DNA of 64,000 nt from Escherichia coli O127:H6 str. E2348/69 (GCF_000026545.1 NC_011601.1), one strand, 5' to 3'; positions 32,449-45,327 are shown, numbered from the stretch's first letter. Numbers and translations are program-made. Notes: a model not told the origin generated them from the letters alone.

Positions 32449-33053
32449 AGGGTATTACGACCAAAGGTGGTTTTATTCAGCAGCAAGCCAAAGATGATCA
32501 AACACGCGACGGTGAGCCAGATTGGCGCAGGCAGACCAAACCAGTTGGCGTAACCAAGGGCAAAGAAGCTTTCATCTTCGATACCGACCGCTTTACCGTC
32601 TGAAATGATGTACGCCAGACCTCGAACAATCTGCATCGTTGCCAGTGTCGTGATCAGGGCATTTATTTTGAGTTTGGCGATAACAAAGCCATTGACCAGA
32701 CCACAGAGAATGCCCAGCAGCAACCCCGCTGCCACGCCAATCCACAGGCTTTCAGTCAGATTAATAACCACCGCCGTGGTGACACCCGCACAGGCAATTA
32801 CGGAGGCGACAGAAAGGTCAAAGTCACCGGAAGCAAGGCAGAACAACATGCCACAAGCCACCATCCCCGACATGGAAATTGCCAGGCCCAACCCTTTCAT
32901 ATTAATGAAGGTGGCAAAATTTGGGACAAAAATGGCACAGGCGATAAAAAGCACCGCAAACACCACCAGCATGCCGTACTGATCCCAGATACGCCCGAAG
33001 CTGAATGACGACTTAGGTGCGCCAGAACCCGATGTAGAAACAGAAGACATCAT
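32440..33053 (-). pseudogene. araH: araH 5' fragment (interrupted by IS)
   Basis: MMSSVSTSGSGAPKSS...LLNKTTFGRNTLAIG then reads into IS sequence; the 303-aa ORF in the track is an AraH-IS chimera. Confidence 0.85.
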
Positions 33054-33064
33054 ACTCTCCTTAC

Positions 33065-34579
33065 TCAGGCAACTGCCTGGCTGACTTTAGGCATCGCAAG
33101 GCTCAGTGCCTGACGCTCATCTGCCTGCTCGTGTAACAATTCACCGGCGATTTCGCCTTCCCGCATCACCACAATCCGGTCGGCAACGCCGAGGACTTCA
33201 GGTAAGTCGCTGGAGGCAAACAGCACCGCCACACCCTGCGCCGCCAGCGCATAAATCACGTTGTAAATTTCATGCTTAGCACCAACATCAATGCCACGCG
33301 TAGGTTCATCCAGCAAAATGACCTTCATCTCTTCCGATAACCAGCGGCCCAGAATAGCTTTTTGCTGATTTCCGCCTGAGAGATTCATGATCAGTTGCTC
33401 AGCGCCCGGCGTTTTGATGTTGAGCGAACGAATGTGGTGATCGGCATTGTTTTCTTCCCAACCGTTGTTGATTACACAACCGCCAAGCACATGTTTACGT
33501 CTGGCACTGATGTTGATATTGTCGCGAACGGAGTGCACGGGAATAATGCCTTCCGCTTTGCGATCTTCCGGGCAGAGCATCATGCCTGCGGCAATGGCGT
33601 GGCTCGGTTTACGAATATCGATCGGCTGTTGGTCGATATAAACCTGACCGGCGGTGATTTGCGTCCCGCCAAACATGCCTTTCATTAATTCGCTACGCCC
33701 TGCCCCGACCAGACCAAACAGACCGACAATTTCTCCACTGCGAACCGCCAGACTTATTGGCGTACGTACGCCTGGTGCTTTCACAGCATCAAGACGCAGC
33801 CGCTCCTCGCCATAACTACGCGGTTGCCAGCCGTAGATATCGCCAATGTCTCGCCCGACCATCGCCTGCACCAGTGCGTCGTGGTCAACCTGCTGCATAT
33901 CGGTAAAGGTTTTGACATAACGCCCATCTTTAAAGACGGTGATGGCATCGCTGAGGGCAAATATTTCTTCCATACGGTGAGAAACGTATAAGATCACCCG
34001 CCCCTCTTTTCGCAGTTCACGAATAACGCGGAAAAGATTGTCGATTTCGCGGGCAGAGAGGGAGCTGGTTGGCTCATCAAAGGCGATAATTTTGGCGTTA
34101 CGCGCCAGCGCTTTGGCGATTTCAACCATCTGCCACTGACCAATGGAGAGATATTTCAGCGGCGTGTCCGGGTCAATATCCATACCAAGATGTTTAAGTT
34201 GTAAACCTGCCTCATAATTCAGCAATGAACGATTCACAATGCCGCCTTTATGCGGCAGCTGGCCGAGATAGATGTTTTCCGCGACGGTCATTTCCGGCAC
34301 GAGATGCAGTTCCTGGTAAATAATCGCCACCCCCGCGTTAAGTGCTGCGGTCGTGTCGGAAAAGGACATTTCCTGCCCATTAATCACTACAGAACCCGTG
34401 GTTGGCGCATAGTTTCCGCTGAGGATTTTTAAGAGAGTTGATTTTCCTGCGCCATTTTCACCCATCAACGCATGAACCTGACCGGCATAGCAGTCAAAAC
34501 TAATATCCGTCAGCGCCTTAACGCCGGGAAACGTTTTACCGATGCCGCGAAATGAGAGATACGGGGTAGACTGTTGCAT
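33065..34579 (-). CDS. araG: arabinose ABC transporter ATP-binding protein
   Basis: 504 aa from [17 protein letters not shown]...; two ABC cassettes ([17 protein letters not shown]). Confidence 0.9.
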
Positions 34580-34648
34580 AACGTCTCCGTGAATCACTGG
34601 TCGTTCACACCCCCTCTGCATCATGCAGAGGGGAATTTTTCCGGCAAA

Positions 34649-35638
34649 TTACTTACCGCCTAAACCTTTTTTCTCCAGTTCTTCTTTAAAGTTGTCACGC
34701 GTGATCAGCACCACGTCGGTAACTTCGGTGAATTTGGTCGGTTCAACACCTTTTGCAACCCAGTTGTAAAGCATTTCGCTGGACTTATAACCATGTACGT
34801 CCGGGCTTGGCAGCAGGGAACCGTAGAAGCCGGTTGCCTGTGCCTTAGACAGTTCACTCACCGCATCCACACCGTTAATACCGATACCGATGATATCGGC
34901 CGCTTTAAAGCCCTGACCTTCCGTCGCGCGTACGCCGCCCAGCACGGTGCTGTCGTTCATACCGACAATCAGCCAATGTTTAACTTCCGGATGTTGAACC
35001 AGCATTGAGTTGGCAGCGTCAAATGCCCCCGGGATGTCGTTAGATTTGGTAGGTACCTGATAAATTTGTTTTTCCGGGAATCCTGCAGCTTTCAGCGCAT
35101 CCATAGACCCCGTAGTACGGCGACGAGCCGTATCCAGTTCGTTGGAGGTAATCGCCATCACCGCGCTTTCTTTGACATCCCAGCCACGTTTCTGCATCTC
35201 TTTATACAGTTCCTGGCCCTGACGTTCGCCAATTTTGGTCGCAGCCATCATCACCAGCGGAACGGTATCCATTGGCTTACCTTTGGCGTTAACAAACTGG
35301 TCATCCACGGCAATGACTTTCATATCGTAGCCACGCGCTTTCGCCACGATGGCAGAGCCGAGTTTCGGGTCCGGAGTACAAATAACGAAACCTTTCGCGC
35401 CACTGGCAGCCAGGCTGTCGATAGCGTTCAATGTTTTTTCGCCATCCGGCACGGCAATCTTAATAACTTCAAACCCTAAATCCTTCCCGGCTTTATCGGC
35501 AAACTTCCATTCGGTCTGGAACCACGGCTCTTCCGGTTGCTTCACCAGGAAACCGAGCTTCAGGTTCTCCGCCATAGCGGATTGTGACATAACGGCTGCC
35601 AGACCAATGGCTGCCAGGGCTTTAGTAAATTTGTGCAT
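34649..35638 (-). CDS. araF: L-arabinose periplasmic binding protein
   Basis: 329 aa from MHKFTKALAAIGLAAVMSQSAMA (signal peptide) ENLKLGFLVKQPEEPWF... Confidence 0.9.
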   Translation of the reverse strand: MHKFTKALAAIGLAAVMSQSAMAENLKLGFLVKQPEEPWFQTEWKFADKAGKDLGFEVIKIAVPDGEKTLNAIDSLAASGAKGFVICTPDPKLGSAIVAKARGYDMKVIAVDDQFVNAKGKPMDTVPLVMMAATKIGERQGQELYKEMQKRGWDVKESAVMAITSNELDTARRRTTGSMDALKAAGFPEKQIYQVPTKSNDIPGAFDAANSMLVQHPEVKHWLIVGMNDSTVLGGVRATEGQGFKAADIIGIGINGVDAVSELSKAQATGFYGSLLPSPDVHGYKSSEMLYNWVAKGVEPTKFTEVTDVVLITRDNFKEELEKKGLGGK

Positions 35639-36434
35639 GGTTCTCTCCAGCTTTAGTGTCGTTTTGTGTAGGGCAAAAACGAATGACATTCGTTAAATTA
35701 ATCGGAAAACAAAGCATTACCTTTTAACTAAAAGATAAGTGACTGTGTTGACATAGTTTTAGCGAGAAATTAATTCTCCATAGGAGAGCAATATCACATC
35801 GCAGAATTACAGTGAGAACGTGCATAAATTTAGCGGGAAAAGACATAAGGAAAAGCGAATTTGTCAGACAAATTATCTAGTGCACAGCAGAATAATCCAT
35901 AAGATTAGCCTGGAAGTCCTTGTTGTCTTTGGTACCCATGCGGGATGTTTTCTTTTTAACTAGTCAATAGGCCTCATTACCTGGCGTTGAGTTTTTGCAA
36001 TGGTGTAATAACCGCAACTTAAAGATGTGGAAAATGCGCGCCATTCATTTCGCCATTTATTATCACTGTACTCATTAATTAACAGAACACGTATAATGAG
36101 AGCCATATCGCAAAAATGAAAAAACGTTTTATAAAATCATTGCTTCATCATGAATTCAAATTCATCGATTAATATCAACAAGATACAAAAAGCACCATCA
36201 TTAAAATTCATTACAGTTACATTGATTTCATCAATGAAATGTAAAAATATATAAACTTGATGATTTAAGCATTTTCTTATACCCGTTCAGACGTTATTCT
36301 TATTTCAGATCATCGTCAGAATTGACTCCACGATCACATTTCGGACCGGCAGAAAGGAATTATTCTGCAAACAGTAATTATGGTGTTTTGATTTATCTTG
36401 CACCTCTCCACTTCTGGATATAAGGATATTAGGT

Positions 36435-36938
36435 ATGGCAACCGCTGGAATGCTTCTCAAACTCAACTCTCAAATGAACCGCGAGTTTTACGCATCCAAT
36501 CTCTACCTTCACCTGAGTAACTGGTGTTCTGAACAGAGTCTGAACGGCACCGCCACTTTCCTTCGCGCCCAGGCACAGAGTAATGTGACCCAAATGATGC
36601 GCATGTTTAACTTTATGAAGAGTGTCGGCGCTACCCCCATCGTTAAAGCCATTGATGTTCCCGGTGAAAAACTGAACTCTCTGGAAGAACAGTTCCAAAA
36701 AACGATGGAAGAATACGAGCAACGTTCAAGCACGCTGGCGCAGTTAGCCGATGAAGCGAAAGAACTGAATGATGATTCAACCGTCAATTTCCTGCGCGAT
36801 CTGGAAAAAGAACAGCAGCATGATGGCCTGTTACTGCAAACCATTCTTGATGAAGTGCGCAGTGCGAAACTTGCTGGTATGTGTCCTGTGCAGACCGACC
36901 AACATGTTCTGAATGTCGTGTCGCATCAGCTGCATTGA
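36435..36938 (+). CDS. ftnB: ferritin-like protein FtnB
   Basis: 167-aa ferritin-fold ORF. Confidence 0.85.
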   Translation: MATAGMLLKLNSQMNREFYASNLYLHLSNWCSEQSLNGTATFLRAQAQSNVTQMMRMFNFMKSVGATPIVKAIDVPGEKLNSLEEQFQKTMEEYEQRSSTLAQLADEAKELNDDSTVNFLRDLEKEQQHDGLLLQTILDEVRSAKLAGMCPVQTDQHVLNVVSHQLH

Positions 36939-36943
36939 TCATA

Positions 36944-37018
36944 CATCGGCGCCAATGCATTGCGCCGATGAAGTTTTTGAGAAACCGCTGCCTCATTTTT
37001 TTGAAGCAGCGGTTTTTT
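36944..37018. terminator. tandem hairpin terminators between convergent ftnB and yecJ
   Basis: catcggcgccaatgcattgcgccgatg + TTTTT, then aaaccgctgc...gcagcggtttttt. Confidence 0.6.
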
Positions 37019-37268
37019 AATGGGATTCGCCCTGTGGGGTAAACTTGAGTTCAATCAACGCGATGGCTTTTTGGATTGCCCGCATGGTGACCGGGTCTAC
37101 GGCGGCGGGATGGTGAGTAAAGTCGATATTCTTCAGCTGGCTGGACATTTTTTCGCGAACTTCAACGGGCGCGATCACATCGAGAACATCCAGAATTTGT
37201 TTGATAACCAACTGGCAAGCAACCACATCAGAAACCAGTTCCTGATCGGCATTCAGCGGCTGGGACAT
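37017..37268 (-). CDS. yecJ: DUF2766 protein YecJ
   Basis: 83-aa ORF at the conserved position. Confidence 0.8.
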   Translation of the reverse strand: MSQPLNADQELVSDVVACQLVIKQILDVLDVIAPVEVREKMSSQLKNIDFTHHPAAVDPVTMRAIQKAIALIELKFTPQGESH

Positions 37269-37354
37269 CGTAAACTCCTGATAGCATTTTGAAAGCCGTT
37301 ATAGTAGCGGCTTCACATCTTCAGCGATAGTCACATCCACCGTCATCAGAACAC

Positions 37355-37382
37355 AAAAAAACCTGCCGGAGCAGGTTTTTTG
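37355..37382 (-). terminator. rho-independent terminator after azuC
   Basis: Hairpin cctgccgga/gcagg flanked by A/T runs directly after the azuC stop. Confidence 0.55.
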
Positions 37383-37469
37383 TTATCGGAACATATTGCC
37401 TGGCGGTACGTCTTTGAACGTCTTGCAATAGTTATTGAACATACTTTTCAGGATCTTGCGCAGTTTCAT
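37383..37469 (-). CDS. azuC: 28-aa small membrane-associated protein AzuC (isrB transcript)
   Basis: Minus strand ATG at 37469 translates MKLRKILKSMFNNYCKTFKDVPPGNMFR*, identical to the known AzuC peptide; too short for the ORF track. Confidence 0.85.
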   Translation of the reverse strand: MKLRKILKSMFNNYCKTFKDVPPGNMFR

Positions 37470-37551
37470 CGCGGTACTCCGACCATTTGTTATACAGGTG
37501 TTATTGTCTTTGCGTTTATAATATGACAACCATCACAAAAATCAATCTTTA

Positions 37552-37567
37552 TGTGATGTAAATCACA
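37552..37567. promoter_or_regulatory. CRP-consensus site upstream of azuC
   Basis: tgtgatgtaaatcaca = TGTGA-N6-TCACA, ~80 bp upstream of the azuC start. Confidence 0.6.
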
Positions 37568-37731
37568 TAAACACCCCTTTAATGTTATAAAAATGATAAT
37601 CAAAAAGCAGCCCCCCAATTTCTGACACATACAGATGGCAAGAAATAGCGCCTGCCAGGCGTCTTTTCCGGCCATTGTCGCAGCGCTGTAACGCGTAAAA
37701 TACTGCTTTCTTTTACTCTTCTGGCTGGACC

Positions 37732-38055
37732 ATGAGACTTCTGATTCTGACTCTTTCCTTAATAACGCTGACAGGATGTACGGTTACTCGCCAGGCCCAT
37801 GTGAGCGAAGTTGACGCGGCAACAGGTATTGTTCGGTTGGTTTATGATCAGGCTTTTTTGCAGCATGCCCGTACCGATCGTTATGTCAGTCGCGGGATCG
37901 CCGATCGCGCATGCCAGCAGGCAGGCTATACCCACGCTATCCCCTTTGGTCAGCCAGTAGGCAACTGTAGCCTCTTTGCGGGTTCCTTATGTTTGAATAC
38001 GGAATTCACTTTGTCATATCAGTGCCATCATTCCGCCTTCCCTGTCTTTCTCTAA
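37732..38055 (+). CDS. yecR: lipoprotein YecR
   Basis: 107-aa ORF with lipobox (LTGC). Confidence 0.8.
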   Translation: MRLLILTLSLITLTGCTVTRQAHVSEVDAATGIVRLVYDQAFLQHARTDRYVSRGIADRACQQAGYTHAIPFGQPVGNCSLFAGSLCLNTEFTLSYQCHHSAFPVFL

Positions 38056-38226
38056 ACGTTTTAATCAGCGAGGGGGATCTTCGCTGATTAAATAAATAGC
38101 GGTAATGCGTTTTATTCCCATTCGTATTTTTAATAAATGATGTTTATATTTTACCTTTTGCAAATAATAAAATAACAAATTATAGTGACGCCACAGCAAC
38201 AAATATAACCTTTGTGGAGCACTATC

Positions 38227-38724
38227 ATGCTGAAACCAGAAATGATTGAAAAACTTAATGAGCAGATGAACCTGGAACTGTACTCTTCACTGCTTTATCA
38301 GCAAATGAGCGCCTGGTGCAGCTATCATACCTTCGAAGGTGCTGCCGCGTTCCTGCGCCGTCACGCCCAGGAAGAGATGACGCATATGCAGCGTCTGTTT
38401 GATTACCTGACTGATACCGGCAACTTACCGCGTATTAATACCGTTGAATCTCCGTTTGCTGAATATTCCTCACTTGATGAATTATTCCAGGAAACCTATA
38501 AACACGAACAATTAATCACGCAGAAAATTAACGAACTGGCTCATGCTGCAATGACCAATCAGGACTACCCAACATTTAATTTCCTGCAATGGTATGTTTC
38601 TGAGCAGCATGAAGAAGAGAAACTGTTCAAATCGATTATTGATAAATTAAGCCTGGCAGGCAAAAGTGGCGAAGGTCTGTATTTTATCGACAAAGAACTC
38701 TCTACCCTCGACACACAAAACTAA
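38227..38724 (+). CDS. ftnA: ferritin FtnA
   Basis: 165 aa from [21 protein letters not shown]... Confidence 0.9.
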
Positions 38725-38726
38725 TG

Positions 38727-38758
38727 CTCTCCGGCGGCAGGTTTTCTGCCGCCGTTTC
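38727..38758. terminator. bidirectional hairpin between ftnA and yecH
   Basis: cggcggcaggttttctgccgccg. Confidence 0.6.
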
Positions 38759-38761
38759 AAA

Positions 38762-39001
38762 TCAGTGACGGCAAATCTTACTCTGATCGGTTGAAAAACC
38801 TTCTTCTGAAGGTATAAATTTGCCTTTTGCTGCCAGAAACGCCACCAACTCTCCCGCAGTCATCCCTTCTGCCGAGCAGGTGTGAAAACGTGCCTGTTCA
38901 CCAAAACGCGCTTTAATTGCTGCTTCCAGATTGGCTTGCGTATATTGCTCGCCTGATTCAATCATCATATTTAACACTTCATGACCGTGAATAGAGTCCA
39001 T
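38762..39001 (-). CDS. yecH: DUF2492 protein YecH
   Basis: 79-aa ORF at the conserved position. Confidence 0.8.
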   Translation of the reverse strand: MDSIHGHEVLNMMIESGEQYTQANLEAAIKARFGEQARFHTCSAEGMTAGELVAFLAAKGKFIPSEEGFSTDQSKICRH

Positions 39002-39191
39002 CGTTCCTCCTCAAAAAAAGCCTAGCGTAGCGATTGCCGCTTATGAAGACTTTGCGCCAGCGCAGAACTGAACGCTTTTTATTGTACATTTATATTTACA
39101 TCATATGTAACGCCGGTTTGACGAATCAGCCGTTATGCCTTAACCTGCGCCGCAGATATCACTCATAAAGATCGTCAGGACAGAAGAAAGC

Positions 39192-40403
39192 GTGAAAAAC
39201 AGAACTCTGGGAAGTGTTTTTATCGTGGCGGGAACCACAATTGGCGCAGGCATGCTGGCAATGCCGCTGGCTGCGGCAGGTGTTGGTTTTAGCGTCACGT
39301 TAATCTTGTTGATTGGGCTTTGGGCGTTGATGTGCTACACGGCGCTATTACTGCTGGAGGTGTACCAGCATGTCCCGGCAGATACCGGTCTGGGCACGCT
39401 GGCAAAACGCTATCTGGGACGCTACGGTCAGTGGCTGACGGGCTTCAGTATGATGTTCTTAATGTATGCTCTGACTGCGGCATACATCAGCGGTGCCGGT
39501 GAATTGTTGGCCTCCAGCATCAGCGACTGGACAGGTATTTCAATGTCGGCAACCGCTGGCGTGCTGTTGTTCACTTTTGTTGCCGGTGGCGTGGTTTGTG
39601 TCGGAACTTCGCTGGTCGATTTATTTAACCGTTTTCTGTTCAGCGCCAAAATTATTTTTCTGGTGGTGATGCTGGTATTGCTGCTACCGCATATTCACAA
39701 AGTGAATCTTTTAACCCTGCCGTTGCAACAGGGACTGGCACTGTCTGCAATCCCGGTGATTTTTACGTCGTTTGGTTTTCACGGTAGCGTGCCGAGTATT
39801 GTCAGCTATATGGATGGCAACATTCGTAAGCTACGCTGGGTGTTTATAATCGGTAGTGCGATCCCCCTGGTGGCATATATTTTCTGGCAGCTGGCGACCC
39901 TTGGTAGCATTGATTCAACAACCTTTATGGGATTGCTGGCTAATCATGCCGGATTAAACGGGCTGTTACAGGCGTTACGCGAAATGGTGGCCTCTCCGCA
40001 TGTTGAGCTGGCAGTGCATTTATTTGCTGATTTAGCCCTCGCCACGTCCTTCCTCGGCGTAGCGTTAGGCTTATTTGATTATCTGGCAGATTTGTTTCAG
40101 CGTTCAAATACCGTTGGTGGACGATTGCAAACTGGTGCAATTACCTTTCTGCCGCCACTGGCGTTTGCACTGTTTTATCCACGAGGATTTGTGATGGCGC
40201 TGGGTTACGCCGGTGTGGCACTGGCGGTACTGGCATTGATTATCCCTTCGCTGTTGACCTGGCAAAGCAGGAAGCACAATCCTCAGGCGGGTTACCGGGT
40301 GAAAGGTGGTCGTCCGGCGCTGGTGGTGGTGTTTCTCTGTGGTATTGCTGTGATTGGCGTGCAATTTTTGATTGCGGCAGGCTTGTTACCAGAAGTGGGG
40401 TGA
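39192..40403 (+). CDS. tyrP: tyrosine-specific transporter
   Basis: 403-aa polytopic membrane ORF starting at GTG. Confidence 0.9.
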   Translation: MKNRTLGSVFIVAGTTIGAGMLAMPLAAAGVGFSVTLILLIGLWALMCYTALLLLEVYQHVPADTGLGTLAKRYLGRYGQWLTGFSMMFLMYALTAAYISGAGELLASSISDWTGISMSATAGVLLFTFVAGGVVCVGTSLVDLFNRFLFSAKIIFLVVMLVLLLPHIHKVNLLTLPLQQGLALSAIPVIFTSFGFHGSVPSIVSYMDGNIRKLRWVFIIGSAIPLVAYIFWQLATLGSIDSTTFMGLLANHAGLNGLLQALREMVASPHVELAVHLFADLALATSFLGVALGLFDYLADLFQRSNTVGGRLQTGAITFLPPLAFALFYPRGFVMALGYAGVALAVLALIIPSLLTWQSRKHNPQAGYRVKGGRPALVVVFLCGIAVIGVQFLIAAGLLPEVG

Positions 40404-40464
40404 TTAGATAGCCTCAAATTCCTTATTGGGTGCCAGAATTAACGCTGACACCCAATTTGACCTC

Positions 40465-41130
40465 TTAATGCAGGCAGCACTGCTTAAATTTCTTACCACT
40501 ACCGCACGGACAAGGATCGTTACGCCCCGGTTTCTCTTCTGCTTTGATAGGTTGCTGAACAGCTTTTTCCTGCGGATGCGCCATCCAGTATGCATGTAAA
40601 TCAAGCGCCGCCAGTCGAATAGCATCTACGCTCTCTTCAAACGCTTCTGGCGACATCTTCTCTACCCGCTCGAAGTTTTCCTCAGTACCGTGCAGCGCAA
40701 TCGCATCCAGCGCTGGTTTTAACGAATCGGGCAACGTTGACCAGTCAGAAAGTGCCACGCCCCGCATATAGCCAAAGCACCACTCCTCAACAATCGTCAG
40801 CTCGCTGCCATCGACTTCTCGCAAGCCGAATAACGGCTCAAACTGCTCCGGAAATTCGTTCAGACGCTCTGCGGTATCGGCCATATGTTGAAAAGCCAGG
40901 TTCATAAAGCGCGTCATCTCTTTCTCTGACGCCCAGCGCGGCACATAGTCAGCCCCACCCCACACGGCAACCAGCCACTGTGCCGGTTCAATCTCTTGCG
41001 GAGAACTCAACACCGCCGTCAATAAACCGTCCAGCTCCGCCACATCAAGAATGGCGTGGTCAGTGTTGTATTTGGTCAGAATATCGTCCAGCCATTCCAA
41101 CTCACTTTCGTTTAACGGTCCCGTTTTCAT
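40465..41130 (-). CDS. yecA: UPF0149 protein YecA with C-terminal SEC-C zinc motif
   Basis: 221-aa ORF ending in ...[15 protein letters not shown]. Confidence 0.85.
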   Translation of the reverse strand: MKTGPLNESELEWLDDILTKYNTDHAILDVAELDGLLTAVLSSPQEIEPAQWLVAVWGGADYVPRWASEKEMTRFMNLAFQHMADTAERLNEFPEQFEPLFGLREVDGSELTIVEEWCFGYMRGVALSDWSTLPDSLKPALDAIALHGTEENFERVEKMSPEAFEESVDAIRLAALDLHAYWMAHPQEKAVQQPIKAEEKPGRNDPCPCGSGKKFKQCCLH

Positions 41131-41325
41131 ACGCTTTTCCTTGTGGATCTCAACTCGCCAGCACCTATCTTACATGCCGGTCCGTATCAGAGATACTTTT
41201 TGAGTGGCTTTGCCGGTGATTAAAAATTAAGGAGGGTGTAACGACAAGTTGCAGGCACAAAAAAACCACCCGAAGGTGGTTTCACGACACTGCTTATTGC
41301 TTTGATTTTATTCTTATCTTTCCCA

Positions 41326-41412
41326 TGGTACCCGGAGCGGGACTTGAACCCGCACAGCGCGAACGCCGAGGGATTTTAAATCCCTTGTGTCTACCGATTC
41401 CACCATCCGGGC
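41326..41412 (-). tRNA. leuZ: tRNA-Leu (anticodon UAA)
   Basis: Minus strand GCCCGGATGGTGGAATCGGTAGACACAAGGGATTTAAAATCCCTCGGCG...GGGTACCA, cloverleaf with CCA end. Confidence 0.9.
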
Positions 41413-41424
41413 TCGGGAAGAAAG

Positions 41425-41498
41425 TGGAGGCGCGTTCCGGAGTCGAACCGGACTAGACGGATTTGCAATCCGCTACATAACCGCTTTGTTAACGCGCC
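41425..41498 (-). tRNA. cysT: tRNA-Cys (anticodon GCA)
   Basis: Minus strand GGCGCGTTAACAAAGCGGTTATGTAGCGGATTGCAAATCCGTCTAGTCCGGTTCGACTCCGGAACGCGCCTCCA. Confidence 0.9.
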
Positions 41499-41551
41499 AA
41501 ATTCTTCAGGCCTTTCAGCCAGACATCCGCTGACGCCGATGCCTTTTAAAC

Positions 41552-41627
<76 letters not shown>

Positions 41628-41778
41628 ATTCATCAAGCAATCAGTTAATCACTTGATTTTATTATCGTCTGGCAATCAGTGCCGCCGTTCGATGCGTTGC
41701 ATTCTACTTACCTGGCGCGATGAGTCAACGATATTTTTCACCACTTTTGATCGTTTGCTGAAAATTGCGCCGAAACGA

Positions 41779-42327
41779 TCACTGATCAAGCAAATCTGCA
41801 CGCGCAGCGCTCAAATATTGCAACATTGACCACAGAGTCAGTACCGCAGCCACAAAGAAAAGTGCAATACCGGCGTACTCAACCCAAATGTTCGGACGCC
41901 ACAGCAGCCAGGCTAACGCCACCATCTGGGCAGTGGTTTTCACTTTCCCAATCCAGGAGACAGCCACGCTACTGCGTTTACCCAACTCCGCCATCCATTC
42001 GCGTAGCGCAGAAATAATAATTTCACGGGCGATCATCGTTGCTGCCGGTAAGGTCACCCACCAGCTGTGGTAATGCTCGGTTACCAGCACCATGGCGATA
42101 GCCACGAGAACTTTATCTGCGACAGGGTCAAGGAAAGCACCAAACCGGGTACTCTGGTTCCAGCGACGTGCCAGAAAACCATCGAACCAGTCAGTCACCG
42201 CCGCGACGCAGAAAATGAGCGCGGCGGCAAACGGCGACCAGGTGACAGGCAGATAAAAGACCAATACAAAGAATGGGATAAGGATGACACGGAACAGTGT
42301 AAGCAACGTAGGGATATTAAATTGCAT
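41779..42327 (-). CDS. pgsA: CDP-diacylglycerol--glycerol-3-phosphate 3-phosphatidyltransferase
   Basis: 182-aa ORF with CDP-alcohol phosphatidyltransferase motif (DGFLAR...G...DPVADK). Confidence 0.9.
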
Positions 42328-42383
42328 AATGACGGGTAACTATCTGTTGTCAGTAAGATTACCCCTATGTTGCTACAGAGACA

Positions 42384-44216
42384 TCAATGTTTCAACGACC
42401 AGAAGATCTTTTCTGCCAGACCTTGCGAAATACCCGGCACTTTTGCAATTTCCTCGACGCTGGCGTTACGTAAACCTTGCAAACCACCCATATATTTCAA
42501 CAACATTTGCCGACGTTTTGGCCCGACGCCTTCAATGGTTTCCAGGGAACTGGTATTTTTGACCTTCGCCCGTTTTTTACGGTGCCCGCCAATCGCGTGA
42601 TCGTGTGATTCATCGCGAATATGCTGGATAACATGCAGCGCGGGAGAATCTGGCGGCAAACTAAATCCCTCACCTTCCGGCTCAAAGAACAGCGTTTCCA
42701 GCCCAGCCTTACGATCTGCTCCTTTGGCAACGCCAAGTAGCAGCGGATGATTTTTATCCCATGAGACATCCAGTTCGGCGAAGACATTTTTCGCCTGCGC
42801 AAGCTGGCCTTTGCCGCCGTCGATAAGGATCACATCCGGGATCTTACTGTCGTCAATGGCTTTACCATAACGCCGACGCAGCACCTGATTCATCGCCGCA
42901 TAATCATCGCCCGGCGTGATGCCAGTAATGTTATAGCGCCGATACTCCGCACGCAGCGGGCCGTTAGCATCAAACACCACACAGGAAGCGACGGTTTGTT
43001 CACCCATGGTATGGCTGATGTCAAAGCACTCCATCCGCTTCACTTCCGGCAATTTCAACACGCTGGCAAGCGCGGTCAGCCGCTGGTGAACGGTAGATTG
43101 CTGCGAAAGTTTGCTGGTTAAGGCCGTCGCCGCATTGGTACGCGCGAGTTTCAGATAACGCGCTCTATCGCCACGAGGTTTGGTTTGAACATTAATCTTG
43201 CGTCCCGCCAGTTCTGAAAGGGAATCGGCGAGCAGCGTTTTATCGCTAAGATTAAAATCGAGCAGGATCTCACCCGGTAAGGTGCGCATCTGGCTGCCTT
43301 GTAAATAGAACTGACCTACGAAGGTTTCCACCACCTCGCTCAGTTCCGTACCGCCAGGCACTTTCGGGAAATAGCTGCGGCTGCCGAGCACTTTGCCCTG
43401 ACGAATGAACAATACGTGGACACAAGCCATACCCGCATCGAACGCCACTCCAATAACGTCAAGGTCGTCGCCGGTATTGGAAACAAACTGTTTTTCGGTG
43501 ACACGTCGCACCGCCTGAATTTGGTCGCGAATCCGCGCCGCTTCTTCAAACTCCAGATTCTGGCTGGCAGTTTCCATACGACTAATGAGTTGCGTAAGCA
43601 CCTGATCATCTTTGCCAGACAAAAACAGGCGCACATACTCGACCTGCTGAGCGTATTCTTCTTCACTCACCAGTCCTTCAACGCACGGCCCCAGACAGCG
43701 CCCTATCTGATATTGCAGACACGGACGCGAGCGGTTGCGATAAACACTGTTTTCGCACTGGCGAATGGGAAAAATCTTTTGCAGTAGCGCCAGTGTTTCA
43801 CGTACGGCATAGCCATTCGGGAACGGGCCGAAATATTCACCTTTGGCATGCTTCGCTCCACGATGCATCGCCAGACGCGGGTGGGTATCGCCACTCAGGA
43901 AGATAAAAGGATATGATTTATCATCGCGTAGCAAAACGTTGTAACGCGGCTGATAAAGTTTGATGTAGTTGTGTTCCAGTAATAGCGCTTCGGTTTCTGT
44001 ATGAGTAACCGTTACATCAATTTGCTGGATCTGGGCGACCAGCGCTTCGGTTTTGCGCGAAGCGAGGTTGCTACGGAAATAGCTGGAAAGCCGTTTTTTC
44101 AGGTCTTTCGCTTTGCCGACATAGATAACCGTACCACCAGCATCGTACATGCGATAAACGCCTGGCTGGCTGGTTACGGTTTTTAAAAACGCTTTTGCGT
44201 CAAACTGATCACTCAC
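42384..44216 (-). CDS. uvrC: excinuclease ABC subunit C
   Basis: 610-aa ORF with GIY-YIG N-terminus ([18 protein letters not shown]). Confidence 0.95.
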
Positions 44217-44869
44217 TGACTTGATAATGTCTCCGCATTACACAGACCATGGCGAATTGCCAGGTGAGTCAGCTCAACATCGCCATGAATGTTTAGTTTA
44301 CTGAACATACGATAGCGGTAGCTGTTCACCGTTTTCGGACTGAGATTGAGCTGTTCTGAGATCTCATTGACCTTCTGGCCCTTGGTGATCATCAGCATAA
44401 TCTGCAATTCACGTTCAGACAAACTGGCAAATGGGCTTTCTGTTTTTTCTGGTTCGATCTGGCTTAACGCCATTTGTTGAGCGATATCAGAAGCAATGTA
44501 ACGCTGCCCTGAATAGACAGAACGAATCGCACTCACGACTTCCTGCGGAGCCGCGCCTTTGCTGAGGTAGCCCGCAGCTCCGGCCTGCATGACTTTCGCT
44601 GGTAAAGGGTTTTCTGTATGGACGGTAAGCATGATGATTTTGACATCAGCTGTGGAACGCGCGATTTTACGCGTCGCCTCAAGACCGCCAATGCCCGGCA
44701 TACTCATGTCCATTAGCACCACGTCAACGGCATTTGCCCGGCACCATTTAACGGCGTCTTCACCGCACGATGCCTCACCGACGACTTTTATACCCTTTAT
44801 ATCTTCCAGAATGCGTCGTATCCCTGCGCGCACCAGTTCGTGGTCATCAACAAGTAGAACGTTGATCAA
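44213..44869 (-). CDS. uvrY: response regulator UvrY (BarA partner)
   Basis: 218-aa LuxR/FixJ-type regulator; 4-bp overlap with uvrC. Confidence 0.95.
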
Positions 44870-45327
44870 AGGAATATCTCCAGAAATAGGGATAACGCTA
44901 CTGATAGTTAGTCATTCGTATATTAGCGGTTTTTATTGCAACTTTGAAACGTTAAAAATGGTGGGTATTCGATTTTTCTCTCGTTTTTGTCAATTCGATT
45001 GTCCACAGTTATGGTCACGCCCGTCACCAACGGCTTCCGGGATCGTTTCACAGTAAGCCCGGCGATGAAATGTGACAAAAATTGACTTTATTCAGCAAAA
45101 ATGAAAATCAGCCCGCTGAATATGTAACATTAATTAACCCGAACAATACGGGCAAAAAACATTCATGATAAAAATATTTATTGGTCATTATATTAACGTA
45201 TTTTATAGTACTGTTGATATCACGCTCAAAAAACAACCACTGCTATTTTTAGCAAAGCTTATGGTATACTCCGCCGCCTTAACATTTTTCACCGCAAATT
45301 TTCATTGCAACATGACGAGGAAAATAA

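Noticed and set aside
32142-33053. 303-aa ORF listed as a single gene
   Set aside because: It is a chimera: the first ~205 codons are AraH, the rest is read-through into the IS right end. Annotated instead as an interrupted araH fragment.
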